Shown here: positions 11,330 through 23,334 of the stretch, one piece after another
How positions within the stretch are numbered: the first letter of the stretch is position 1
Layout of the letters: the number at the start of each line of letters is the position of its first letter
DNA from: Basidiobolus meristosporus CBS 931.73
Lineage: Eukaryota; Fungi; Basidiobolomycota
Assembly (NCBI GenBank): GCA_002104905.1
Contig: MCFE01000304.1
Location: 1 to 64,000, forward strand
Length of the DNA stretch: 64,000 nt
Direction of reading: 5' to 3'
Made by a program: the position numbers and the translations under genes
Notes under the pieces: model-generated
Seen by the model: only the letters and a program-made list of their open reading frames with translations
Databases searched by the model: none
Told to the model about the DNA's origin: nothing

Positions 11330-11850
11330 TTATAATCAACAGGAACTCGGTCCAATATTTCTTGGCATCCGCGGCATTAACAAAACCACTCAAAATCAGC
11401 ATCTATGTGACTGCCGAAACTGAGTGTACCGGACCCAGAATACTGGATTATTGCAAAGAACCGATTCGCAAGGGCAGTAAACTTTTCCGGTACCGTCTCC
11501 CCCAGGCTCGGGATCTCCGAATTACCTTTGCACCCATTGTGATACGCTGTGGCTGGGAAGCTGAGAGCGTACTTCATCGATTTAATAAGTGCAGTTCGAA
11601 GTACCGTCATTTTGTGCGGCACATATTTCTAGATTAGTGGGTCAAGCGGGATGGTCATTATCATGTTTTTGTTGAAATTCTTGGAATGGTATCCAAGTCC
11701 AATGTTTTCGAACCCACTCTGAGTGGTTATTTCAGGAAATGGCGTTACTATGGAATATGCCAAGAATTAGACAACTGGGTTCCTTTAACTCTTTTGAGAT
11801 AAGCGAGTGTGTAATGCCGGGACCGGGATGGCATGATGAGCAGTAATATA
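11330..11850 (-). pseudogene. Highly decayed sixth AATase copy (F), C-terminal and middle remnant
   Basis: Nucleotide similarity to AATase segments (ccaatatttcttggcatc; ggctcgggatctccgaattacctttgcacccattg; gtcaagcgggatggtcatt; gaatggtatccaagtccaatgtttt) with large deletions. Confidence 0.6.
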
Positions 11851-12119
11851 ATATGGCCTTTCAAATCAATAGCATATCATTTAGAGACTGGAGTGATTGC
11901 TGACTGTTGTGCAAGTGTACTGAGGTAACGGCTCATCATGTAGTTACGATTTTTTTCTTTATTGTAGAATACAAGGTTTACCCAGGAATTTGTTACATCC
12001 AAAGCAGTTTACATTACATGACATCATTTATATACATCGCCTATGTGGCAGAGTTGTTTAGCGGGCGGGGAATGGTTGAGGCGATTCAAGATACTATCAC
12101 CTGGATAGTGGACAGTAGC

Positions 12120-12615
12120 TCAGACATTGGGATGGGAATTTAAGTGGTGGATATTGACGTCCTCTACAGAGGGAAGCGTATCGAAGAGATCTTCCAAATC
12201 GAACTCATTGTCATCCGTGGAATAGTTATTATTCAGATCATGGCCACTTCCGAAACCGGAACCATTCAATAGAGGGAACAAATTCAAAGAGCTCTTCGAC
12301 CGCTGATTGTTCTACAGTAGGGGATGGCTTGTCGTTTCGAGAGAAAAGGACGCTTGACCTTCCACCGAAGGTTAATTTTTCAGTGGATGGGACAAAATCG
12401 AAGAAATGCTTGATCGAGAATTCGGGCTTGTTAGTGGATTGGTGACGCTGAGTACTCTGCGGAATCGAGTATTGATAGTTGGTGAGGTCAGTGCTGTTGG
12501 CAGGGCTGGAATGTGCCCTGTGAACAGAGATTCTAGAGACCAATGGGCGGGAAGCAACAATAGAGTAGTTTTGGACAGACTTGTATAGAGACTTGGCAAA
12601 TTGCTGGGTAGACAT
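12120..12615 (-). CDS. Hypothetical protein of about 164 aa with mitochondrial-presequence-like N-terminus; one +1 frameshift near 12265
   Basis: ATG at 12615 (MSTQQFAKSLYK...SRISVHRAHS). The frame switches after PSIE to GSGFGSG...HPNV* (stop 12120). Span 496 nt = 3n+1. An internal motif occurs three times across the junction. Confidence 0.45.
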
Positions 12616-14337
12616 AACTGCTTGAAAAGTAGACAGCAAACGTTCTTTCCTCAGCGAGATCCCTCCCCCTTTATATGCAGTATTCTCATTACCAAGAAAG
12701 ACGTAAGGGTGCATCAAGACCATCACATGAGTAGCCCAAAGAGATAAACCAATGGATAACTAGCATCATCAAACATACGCGTGACCAGCTAAGATATTTA
12801 GACCCTTAATTGGGCTCCATTAACAAGTCGCTCTTATAGATCCGGACTCAGATAAGCATGATCATCACAGGCCTCTGATTGGATCAGTGTGTTTCTTGAG
12901 ATGGCGCTGAAACATGGAAATACATCATTGGGAGAGGAACAAAGTCAATGGTTTGTTCTTTGTTTTCGTTTCCTAACGATGCATAACGGTTAGTTGCTTT
13001 CCGTAGATGGTTCAGGTTGGATGAATTGGAAACGGCCGGAGGAAATCGGAAGTGGGCTGTTTGGAGTTGATGTCATGTTGCTATTACCCATAGCTCACAT
13101 GGATGGAGTATAATGTGGCATTACACCGCCCGCAGCCTAGACTACTTACTAAGGGGAACACATACCAGTAGCCGATTCAAAGCAAGATTAACTCTGATTA
13201 TGCACGTTAGCTACCCTGTTGGCCTATTACTGATCATCTCAGCCCATTATAGAAATGATCCGACCTTTCACATGTCATCGGAGTAGTAAGGGTTTCTTAC
13301 ATTTGTTTATTTTGTGTCGGGGCCCTGTGTCAGCAACACATCCTCTGAGCCCACTACTGCTCCGATCCTGCACCCCACAATTGCATTGATGGTTGGGCCT
13401 AAACTCCATTAAACAAGAAGTGCGGGAAATCTCCAATCAGGCATGCCCATCTCAACCCCTCCCTGCGGTTTCAACATATCAGCGAATTGGTTAAAAGAGA
13501 ATTATGATGGATCCCGTCTGCCCCCCCCTTCGGGCACTCTAAACTTCTACCAATGGGTTTCTCAAGAATCAACTCACAATGGACTCAACCCATTCAATAC
13601 GCCATTTTCAGGTACACTTGCAAGCACCCTGGCTATGTGGCCCCACGACACGCCAGCAAGCTTCCCAGCTACAATACGTTTCATGCGACACCGGTGAGTG
13701 TGAGTCTAGCTAGAATCCAAGAGATATTCTGTCTATTGAAGGGAATGGAGAGCATATCTTTCAATCCTGTGAAGATCACCTGCGCCAGTCATGACTCAAT
13801 CATGACGGATTTGTTCGAATCATTACCACATATTGCGCACTTGCATTTTGAAAACCACAAGTAGCAGTCTAATCCCGCTACCAGAATTTCAGGCAGATCG
13901 ATGAATATAAACCATTTGTGAATGTCAGGCCGATTGATGTACATAGCTTTCCCGCTCAATTCCTTGCACGTGGTTAAAGACACGAAGCCCCACTGAATAC
14001 GAACACACAGGCCATCATTGCTTCGCTGTCAGACCTAAGACCTACCCCATGCACAGGCTACCCTATTGGGTATATTGGATTCATCAAGGGATTTTATTTT
14101 CAAGTGTGAAGACGCTCAAAGAAACATCCCACTTCATTTCCAGCTCAATTCCCAGCCACGTAACTCAGCAGAAATGGTGGGGATTTTACTGGAGATAAAA
14201 AAGAATCACACTCTGATATGCAATAAGTCTAAATAAAAATGATGCGATTTCTTGAATGAAAGGGAACCGAGTTTGGATCGAGCGAGGGGTGCTCAATGAA
14301 GAGAAAATGGGTTGATGTGTAGGAAGACCAGGAAGGC

Positions 14338-14976
14338 TTAGAAACGGGCAGCGGCATTGGCACGATTGGCGAGGACCAATTTGTGGAGCTGTTCCTTTTG
14401 CTTGAGGATTGGACTGACCCCGTTGATAATGGAGAGGAGCTCAGCACTCAAGCGAAGTGGGAATTCCTTCTCTGGTCGCTTCTTGGCAGCTTCCAAAAGC
14501 CAAACGAAGGCCTTTCTCCTACGTTGGCGTTCGTTGAGGGGTTTGGGGACCTGCACCACCTTGGTACCACGCTTACCTGACTTGCAAATCATCAAAGGGC
14601 TGGCCATATCGATCGCAGCGGTCAGAATTTCGTATGGGTTGGCGTTGGTCTTTTGACGAATATCAATGAGAGCACGGGCAACCATGCGCTGGGCCATGGC
14701 CTTCTTACCATCACGCATGATGGTGTTGACAAGGTGAGACAGAAGGGGATCTTTGATCATGATGGAGCGGTCCAACTCAGTAATCTTATCTGTCTGTGCT
14801 ACACTGGAGGCATCGACTGAGGGAGTTTCGACGGGCTTCTGGCCGGCGACTGACTCGACCTCAGTGGAATATCTCAGACGAGCAACGAGGCCACATCCCA
14901 CGGAACGTGTAGCAGAGGTTTGAGATAGGTTGGCGAAAGATCTTCTCAGCGTTGGAAGGAAGGAGGTACTCAACAT
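14338..14976 (-). CDS. RSM7: Mitochondrial ribosomal protein uS7m, 212 aa, single exon
   Basis: uS7 motifs LVNTIMRDGKKAMA, AIDMASP, VQVPKPLNERQRRRKAFVW, LHKLVLANRANA; Arg/Ser-rich presequence. Confidence 0.93.
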   Translation of the reverse strand: MLSTSFLPTLRRSFANLSQTSATRSVGCGLVARLRYSTEVESVAGQKPVETPSVDASSVAQTDKITELDRSIMIKDPLLSHLVNTIMRDGKKAMAQRMVARALIDIRQKTNANPYEILTAAIDMASPLMICKSGKRGTKVVQVPKPLNERQRRRKAFVWLLEAAKKRPEKEFPLRLSAELLSIINGVSPILKQKEQLHKLVLANRANAAARF

Positions 14977-15227
14977 TTCGTCTTATAGTTTCACCCGAGA
15001 AAGAAAAGTTCCAAATATACTATGCTTTCTGAGAACACGAGCCCAAGGGGAAAAAGTTAGCGCTTATGCGGGACTCGCCAGGATTTCTATTCAACCAAAT
15101 CCCAACCACCCATCAGGTCGATCCACTTCGAAAAGTAAAAAATTTATGGGTGACGAAAGAGCCACCCCACTTTTTCCATCATCAATCTGTTGAATTTGGT
15201 TTATTTTCTAAGCGGATTTGCTTAAGA

Positions 15228-18104
15228 TCAGGATGAAAGATAGTGATACACCGTGGCACCAGTTGCAATATCAGTGCTGCCGATGAGTACCTGGGGACGT
15301 CGAGTTAATACCCAGTTTGGCCTGGGTCCTGAGGTTGTTACTGAAGCTTACCGTGGTGTGATTGTTGGAGCGTGCAACGATCTCTCGGATAGTTCGCACC
15401 TCGGTGAAGGTGATCCCGCCGATAACAAAAATGATCATGACCGGATGGTGTGCAGGGTGAGGGGAGGACACTTTGAGCAAGCGGCTGGGCATTGTGGGCG
15501 TTAGTAAACTCTTCTAAAGATTTTTCGGTTGTCGAGACGTCTACAAACCTGCGGAAGCCAGTCATCACTCTGCCAAGGGTACCGCGTGGGATGTACTCCA
15601 GCTCTTCCGGGATATCTTGATCTAACATGGCGGTGGCAAATATGTCACCAATCACCTGTTGTATCAAGCAGTTGTAGGGTTGTTGAGCTGCCGCTTGATA
15701 CAATGTCCTATAGAGGGTCTTAGTGATGCTCATTGCGGGGTAGCTTGTCCTTTCGTTATCCTACCTGTATCGGGAAAGTTGACTCCGCACTTCGGAGGTG
15801 TTGTGGAGGTTCCGAAAGACTGTTTCTAACCACCCTTCGATCAACTGTTTCCTCTCCCAAGTGCGTTGTGACTGCTCCTCTTCGTCGTACGCTGCCAAAT
15901 CCTGGTTCGTAGTTCTGGTTAGCCACGTCCGACCGCTAATGAAGAAGCCCAACCTACCTCTTTCTCCAGGACCCCCGGGATCTCTCCTTGGCTCATAATT
16001 GCCTGAAGCAGCTTGTCTTGGAACAGGATTTCCTCATCCTCCGAGATGAACAGATCGCTCCCACCCAGCGAATAAGCGAAAGCCATGGTGGCCAGGATGT
16101 CCTGTAGAGCGAAGTTGTTCTTACTTCTTCCCAGCTTCTCGCCGCTTTTCTTTGGCAAGATTTCCCCGAAATGCTGAATTAGATTGGTTGATTGTGGGGA
16201 CTCCGAGATGCTCAGGGCCAAGATCTTCTGGACCCCGAACAATTCCTCCCACATCATCTTTGGGCTAGAGTGAGCATCTCAGTTAACAAAAGTCCGACAA
16301 GAGGGGGATTTTCTGTTGGCAAGAACCTTTCTTTCAGTGTATCTACAATGGCTGCTATCAACTCTAGGACATTAGAGTGGTTTTCGACTGCCTGCTCATT
16401 CTCCCTTATTCCGCTGATAAGACGCATCAATTGAATGGCGGTTACTTTGCCAATAACCTAATGCATCAGGAGGGTCAATGATGAACATGGCTCTGGGGGG
16501 ACAGTTGGTGCTACCTTGGGGACTTTGGTGTTGATGTTTTCTTCCGTGATAATGTCAGCGAGCTTCTGCCTGGAGAGGAGAAATGAGGTCAAAGGGCATT
16601 TGTTGGCTGACGATTAGGACTGCAAACTACCTGACAATATTCAGTGCTTCTTTTTGCGGTACCATGATGAGCTCGTCCATCAGCGCGATGCACTCATCGT
16701 CCATACCATGAGCAAGCGAGCAAGGCGGCTCGAAGTCTTTTTCTGTCAAGCGTGGATTGAAGTAAGCGTACGTGTTGGGTTGTGTCGGGCATATCTGGCT
16801 TTCTTACCCAGCGGGCTGACTCCTTTCTTGGAGGTCAGAAATTCCGGCTTGATGTCTACATCAAGGGAGTCCGGGATAGGCCTCTTCAATATCGAGTAGA
16901 CTTGATCCAACATATTGTCTGAGCGCATCGATGGTGCAACCAGGTCCAAGCTCTGAAAGGGACAAATTTGGTCAGTTGTTACTTCCGACAGCTCCCGCAA
17001 TGTAGGCCCTTACGTACTCGATCAATAATTACGACCGAAGCCGTGTTGTCGTATTGCTTGTTACGATCCGCAGCAATTGCTTGTCTTGCGACCATCTTGG
17101 CAGCTTCGCCTGATTATTGGAGTGGTTAGCCATGACTTCTCGATCGCTGTGGCGACTGTGAAGAAACAAACCCAAAGCAAAGTATTCCCCTTTGAAGTGT
17201 AGGACTTCGAGGATTGCGGCAAGTGTGAGGGCAAGTTTCTGTAATTCTTTCTACACAACAATTACTGACGGTTAATCCGTGCGTCTCCAATAATAACTCG
17301 GGAGTCTATGCCGGCCTACCTTCGTGTCCGGGTCAGCAGTGCTGGGCGTATTTTTTGCCATCAAGGGGGAGTTTTCTATTTGAGCTCGGTTAGCATGGCG
17401 TGGAGGGCCGGTCGGGAGTTATCCATACCTGGTGTTGCTGGCTTTAGGTATGGTATACTTTGTGTGAACCCTGGGAGAAGGAAGAAATCGTGGGTGATGG
17501 AGGCCCAGAGTATCGGAGCAAAGCTGACTTGGGCAATGGGTGGGAAGGGAAGCTGGCGATCAGTGGTCATCCATTTTCGCATTCTGACGGCGAAGTCTTT
17601 GAAATACTCTCCATCGAGATTTTCCCGAGTTTCGTAGCCCGCTTGGGGTGCTTGCATGCGCTCTGGAATCGCGGTATACACCTCACTCTGCCAGTAGGTT
17701 CTAGCTTTAAGTACGGTTTTTATCTGCTCCTCGTAATTTGATAGTACGGAGGACAACAAGAATATGACTTTTTGCGGATCCTCTTCGCTACAGTTAGTTC
17801 GTAAAATTTCTTTTAGTGTCCGTGAAGGAAAGCATCAGGCTGGCGTGAAGCGTTACTTGAAATCAACGGCTATCTCGTCAATGTTATTTATGATATCCAC
17901 TTCCTCCGCGAGGCTTTTGATATTGATGGCCCCGTTCTCTAATAAACTTAGCGCCCCTCCCGGGCAAGACCATTTCATCATTTGCGTGGTGGCATCATCG
18001 GTATAAACGACTGAGCCTTCGAAGGCAAATTTGAAGGTGTCCCATATATTCTTTGAAACGCTATACAGAGGGCCGGGTGTCGAATGAAAAGGAGCCGAAT
18101 CCAT
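15228..18104 (-). CDS. SCFD2: Sec1/Munc18-family protein, SCFD2/MIP3-like, multi-exon
   Basis: N-terminal VVYTDD..MMKWS..GG and PQKVIFLLSS; C-terminal PHPAHHPVMIIFVIGGITFTEVRTIREIV..VLIGST resembles the SCFD2 C-terminus as I recall it; GT-AG introns link the ORF fragments; stop TGA at 15228. Confidence 0.75.
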
Positions 18105-18391
18105 TTTGCCACTTGTTCCAAGTGTTTACAACGTAGCCTAGTACAAAGGAAAGCCACCCTAATCGCTGCTTATTTTTAAAACCAGTTGGGTAAATTCTGA
18201 TATTTCGCGTAGGAGGCCGCATCAATTTAATATGGATCAACCAGCATGATCAATCAACGTGGAGCAGGCTGGCTTCCATTTGGCTGCTAAGCCCAGCTAA
18301 GCCCACACTAGGATGGCATTAACCAACAGGGATAAAAGGTGGGGCTGCCGCCATCGCTGTTGAGGAGTAAAGCAAGGAACATTACTCAACC

Positions 18392-19034
18392 ATGGCGACG
18401 TTTAGACACCCGGAGACATGTTGTTTCTTCTTAAGTTTACGAACCGGAAGCTTAATCATCATCGGGATTCATCTGGTATTTGTACTTCAATCACCTGAGC
18501 ACCCGCCAGAACCACCAGCTAACCCATCCTAGATTTTCGGGGTCTTGTTCAGTGCACTCTCCATAATGGCGCTGATAAATGCCGATAGAGTACTGGACAC
18601 CGTTACCCCATATCTTCCGGAGCTTTCCCGTGATGGGTATTTGTCCACCATAGCCATGGCCTTGGGCTCGCAGATTGTGTCCACTATTATAGCCGTAGTC
18701 GGGCTTTATGGTGTGCTAAAGGTAACGCTCATAGACGGCCATGCCTCAGGTTGTGTTACTGATATCCATTGGAATGTAGAGGCGCCCGGCCATCCTCACA
18801 ACATACTTGGTTTTCATCGGGCTTACCGTTGTCTTGCATATTGCAACATTAATAGCATATATGACCAACCACTTCTGGTATTGGGAGGTGTCGAGTGGTA
18901 ATGTTCTGGGAATCGTCCTACTAACCTACTTCTTTACTGTAATACTGAGCTACAGACACAGTATCAAAGAGACAGACATGATCCAGAAGTTACGCTTCCC
19001 TTCCTCGCACACCTCCCCTCGGCTCAACATATAA
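18392..19034 (+). CDS. Four-TM membrane protein, LAPTM4-like, 175 aa; exons 18392-18475, 18533-18721, 18780-19034
   Basis: N-terminal CCFFLSLRTG, GLYGVLKRR and YFFTVILSY motifs; four hydrophobic segments; phase-0 introns keep the frame (528 nt). Confidence 0.7.
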
Positions 19035-19284
19035 CGGCCGGCCGATAATATCCCAAAACTGTATCATCGAATATATCCTTTGTAGCTTCCAATTTTGTCA
19101 TTAAAACCATGCCATCATCGATCGCCCACGTGACCACCGGTCATGGATGTTTTCCTCGATATACACGACATTTTATTTGGACACTGGCACATGATCTATT
19201 AAACCGTACGGATACTGAGACACAGGGATAATTGCTTTGCTTTCCGATTATATTCACAGTCCAGGAACCAGTTTCTTTGAAAAT

Positions 19285-20403
19285 ATGGCAGTGCTGAAGA
19301 CCGTGTCGAAGGGTTTACGATCCCAGCCGGGGTTGCTCCGTAGGGTGGGTTCGAGGATAGCCGTGGGAAAGCCCTCGGCCAGAACGTTGACGACCTTTCT
19401 GGAAAATAGCATGTACCCGCCAGCCGGGGAGCAGAAGCCACCCAGCGAGCCCAGCCAGTTGACGCAAAAGACCGCTCCTGATCCAAGCGTCCCTGCCAAC
19501 ACATTTTATCGACGTACGCTGCCCTCTTGCCTGATTTCGTTCACCTCCGAGGAGGGCAAGAAGATCTTTAAGGAGAGTGTGTTTCAAGGGTACGCCGAAA
19601 CCTATTTTAGTCTGGCAAACAACTTCACCACCCAATCCGAGCCTGCTTGTACGTAGTTTACGCCGGTTTTCTCTCCAAACGATGCTGATCTTTCATTATG
19701 TGCTTGGTAACTTGCAGATTGTGGCCCTAGTTCGTTAGCGATGGCGCTCAATGCACTGGAGATCGATCCCTCCAGACGGCGAAAGGGGAAGGCACGGTGG
19801 TATAGTGACGAGCTGTTGGAGGGTTGTGCGCCCAAAGAGGAGGTCAAAAGAAAGGGCATTACCTTCACTCAGTTTTATTGTAAGTCAGTTGACCTGAGTC
19901 CTAACCGGGTGTTTCTTGGGTACTCAATCAACTTGGGTTTGTAGGCCTTGCCGAAAACCACTGTGATGTGGTGGCGAAGCGAGGAGACCAGGTGTCTTTT
20001 GAGGAGTTTGTGGAGGACGTAAAGCGAGTCAGCTCCAGTGGAGACGAACACATGGTGGTTTCATTTTCTAGGAAAACGCTACAACAGACCGGCGATGGCC
20101 ATTTCTCACCACTGGGGGGATACAACATCGACCGAAAGCTGGCCCTAGTGTTGGATGTAGCTAGGTAGGTGGATAGAGAGCATTCCTTAGCGGCTTCTCT
20201 GTGCTAACATGAAGTCCAGATTCAAGTATCCTTGCTACTACGCGCCTATTGAGATGCTCTACGAGTCACTCAAGCCGATCGATAAGTCAACCGGTCAGTC
20301 ACGGGGGTACTTCCTACTGAAAGCAAGTGAGCAGCTGAAGAGTCCAAACTTTCTAGGCTCCTGTGGAGCAACCTGTGGGTCTAGCGGCTCCTGCCACATG
20401 TAA
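19285..20403 (+). CDS. PCS: Phytochelatin synthase (glutathione gamma-glutamylcysteinyltransferase), 309 aa; exons 19285-19648, 19718-19879, 19945-20164, 20220-20403
   Basis: FYRRTLP, QSEPAYCGPSSL (catalytic Cys), GDGHFSPLGGY (His), LDVARFKYP (Asp), DKSTGQSRGY; splicing gives 930 nt in frame. Confidence 0.93.
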
Positions 20404-20682
20404 AATACACTCAATCACGCACCTGTAGTAGCCAAAAGTACCATCACTGCATCACTACATCACTGCATTCTATCATCACAACTCAACCCACCATAATATG
20501 CACAAATGGTTAAAATTAAACAAGATCTACACCAAATGCCATTAACTCCCCATCTCTGAATCCCCACTTGATCGGGGTGGAGTGGAGAAAAATTTTGAAT
20601 ATCATCCACTTAGTAGTAAGCCTCGAGGTAGTGGTGATTTGTGGTTCTTTCCTGTACGAACATCATTTGGGTTTATTCCACC

Positions 20683-21158
20683 ATGACCATCATAACGAGA
20701 ACCTTTGTCAATGCCAGGCCTTTTCTGAGCCGCTCTTTACACGCCAAAGCAGCTCCCCAGAAGAGCAAACGCGTTCCTGCCCCCAGAGGTAAATGCGGGT
20801 TATGCGTTTCTATCGCCAAGGCGAGTAACTTAATATCCGTTGCACCCACTCTGCATTGTAGGTGAATTCAAGGATCCCCAGAGCTTCCTGAACAAAATCC
20901 GCCGCGGTTGTGAAGAAGCTGCCGACAAGTTCAAGGTGAGTTACTGACTAAATGATCCATTTCCCTCCAGTGGCGAAGGATACTGACCGGGAAATCCCAT
21001 AGGACTGGGAGCACCTCTTCACTGTCACCAGAAACGAGATGAAACACGATATGGGACTTACTCCTCAACAACGCAAATGGATCCTCAAATGGACCGAACT
21101 GTACAGACAAGGAGTCGACCCATACTTGATTCCTAAGCCAGTCAAGAGAAAGAGTTAA
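20683..21158 (+). CDS. FYV4: Mitochondrial small-subunit protein mS41 / IGR-domain protein, 3 exons
   Basis: Presequence, then FLNKIRRGCEEAADKFKDWEHLF...MGLTPQQRKWILKWTELYRQG, matching the IGR domain; two GT-AG introns. Confidence 0.8.
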
Positions 21159-21443
21159 TGGAAGCGCCCCATCCTTTCTCCCCAGCCACTCTAAATACTC
21201 AAGGCTCTACGACCACTCAAGCTTACATTGCATATTCAACTTTTCAACTGGATTCCGATATCATAGAATCAATAAAAAATGGAATATATTTGGAGTGCTA
21301 TGCTACCCCGGTGGAGATTTTATTGAATCCAAAAGAGATGGGCGTGAATGTTTTAGTGAAGAAAACGGGGGAGGAGAGGGGAAGGGAAGGCGTGGCGTGG
21401 GCGGTTCCACGACCAAGATGGAGCGAGGAAAGGGGATGCTCGT

Positions 21444-22973
21444 CTAGAGAGATAAATCCCAGATTACCAGTTGCCCGTCCTTGGCAATGGTGGAGATTTG
21501 GCTCACATCATCGCGCTCACCGGAATATGGGCGCAATTCGATGATGGAGTTCTGGTGGGTGGTCTTCAGTTCAGTGGATTCGCTGGATCCCGAGGAGGAT
21601 TGGCCACGAATATCCATCTGACGGAACTTGTTGAATGCGGAGGAAACAGACAGATCCTTGCGTTGGTGTCCTTCATCTAATGACTTGACGAACTTCCAAC
21701 CATCAGCATCTCCCTGGAAGAGGACGGGGCAGCAGTCGTGGCCGGCAGCAATGATCTTGTCCTCCGCAGCCCAAACCATGGCCAGGTAGGGGAGATTGTT
21801 GGTGCGGATGTTTACGAGGTAGTCATGGCCGGGGTAAGCGATGGACAAACTGGCGTCATGGCCTGAACAGCCCTAGTTAGACCATGGCCTCTTCTGACAT
21901 GCAAGTGCACTTACCTAACCAAGCGACTCCATCTCCGCTGGGGGAAAATGCGATGCTATGGATCCAACCGCCACATGGGTTGGTGAACTCGCCACAGAGG
22001 GTGTTGAAGGGAAGCTTCTCTCCCCAAACGCTAGGGGCAGGCCTTCAAGAAAACATGGATTAATAATGGTGACATGGCGCTGATGCCAGAGTTACCCAAA
22101 CTAACTTTTGATCGACTCCTTTGATATAAGCGGAGAAGACACGAGCCTACATCAGAGAGGAGAGAGCCATCAGTGTGTGACTTGTGAATCATAATCAGAG
22201 TGCTTTCTACCTTCATATCGGCGGAGCCAGCAGCTAAAAGGACATTGTTGGGATGCCAGTCGAGGGACAACACGGTGGACAGAATGGGCTTCTTGATGTG
22301 CTTAGACACCCACCAGTCGTTGTCTTCGCCAAAGTAGCAAACGGAGATGCATCTGGAGCCACTGCCAACGGCAAACTTGTCCTCGAAAGGACTCCACTTG
22401 ACACAAGTGGCGGCGCGGTTCAAGCGAAGATGAACTAGAGTAGGCTTCCAATCTTGCCCGTCGAAATTCCAGACATAAGCATTCTTATCTTGAGAGCAGG
22501 TAACAATACGGTTAGACTCGGGGGCCCAGTCGATCCCGGTTACAAGCAAATCGTGCTATACAAGTTGAGACAGTGGTATTAGGCTAACTGGGAAGGAATT
22601 CCTGTCGACAGAGGTATCCATTGAGACGCATACTACTGCTGGCAGGCTCCGAAAATCGGGGTTTACATACCTCAGACAGAGTATGAGTTTGGGTCCATTG
22701 GCTACCATCCTTCTTGTAGATGTAAACAAGATTGGTATTAGGACAAACGGCAACCTCTACGAAAATAAGAACAAGCCTCATTAGTAAAGATTGTGGTTTG
22801 GGTTTTGGGGGTAAGCATCTCGTCCTATAGTATGACCAAATGGGGCCAGGTAGACAAAAGGATGGTCCATCTACGTTGTTGCTTAGGAAAATAGACTACG
22901 TACGGCTTCTATCTTTGTTGAACGCGTGACAGGTCACAGGGAAAGGAAATTTGTAGGCTTTAGGGGTGGCCAT
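21444..22973 (-). CDS. ARC40: Arp2/3 complex subunit ARPC1 (WD40)
   Basis: MATPK...[64 protein letters not shown]; multiple introns. Confidence 0.95.
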
Positions 22974-23334
22974 TGGTGAGACTCAAGACTGTTACGATAG
23001 CAGAGGAAAATTTGGTTGAGGGAATCGAAGAGGGCGGTAAACGATTGGAGTGTTGCTAAGGTGGAACAGAGGAATAGTATGCTACTTGTTGAGCTCTTTG
23101 ACGGTCGGCCCACGATTTTCTCGGGATCCGAAATTCGAGGGATGTGGATTGGTTTTGCTTACGTGTGTACCAATTTTTGGGAGCAATCTCACTAGGAATG
23201 AGCATAAATTTTCTGGGACATCTGATTAAATTAAACCCAATGCTCAAAAAGATGTCAAATACAACATCCGGTTGATAGTTACTGACAACCGCTTAGAACT
23301 GCAAGGTTTCCCCTGCTTGTTCCCTTTTAGCAAG

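Noticed and set aside
12120-21158. Functional clustering of mitochondria-targeted genes (uS7m, mS41, PCS, orphan)
   Set aside because: Mitochondrial proteins are common, and unrelated genes are interspersed; chance is sufficient without synteny or co-expression data.
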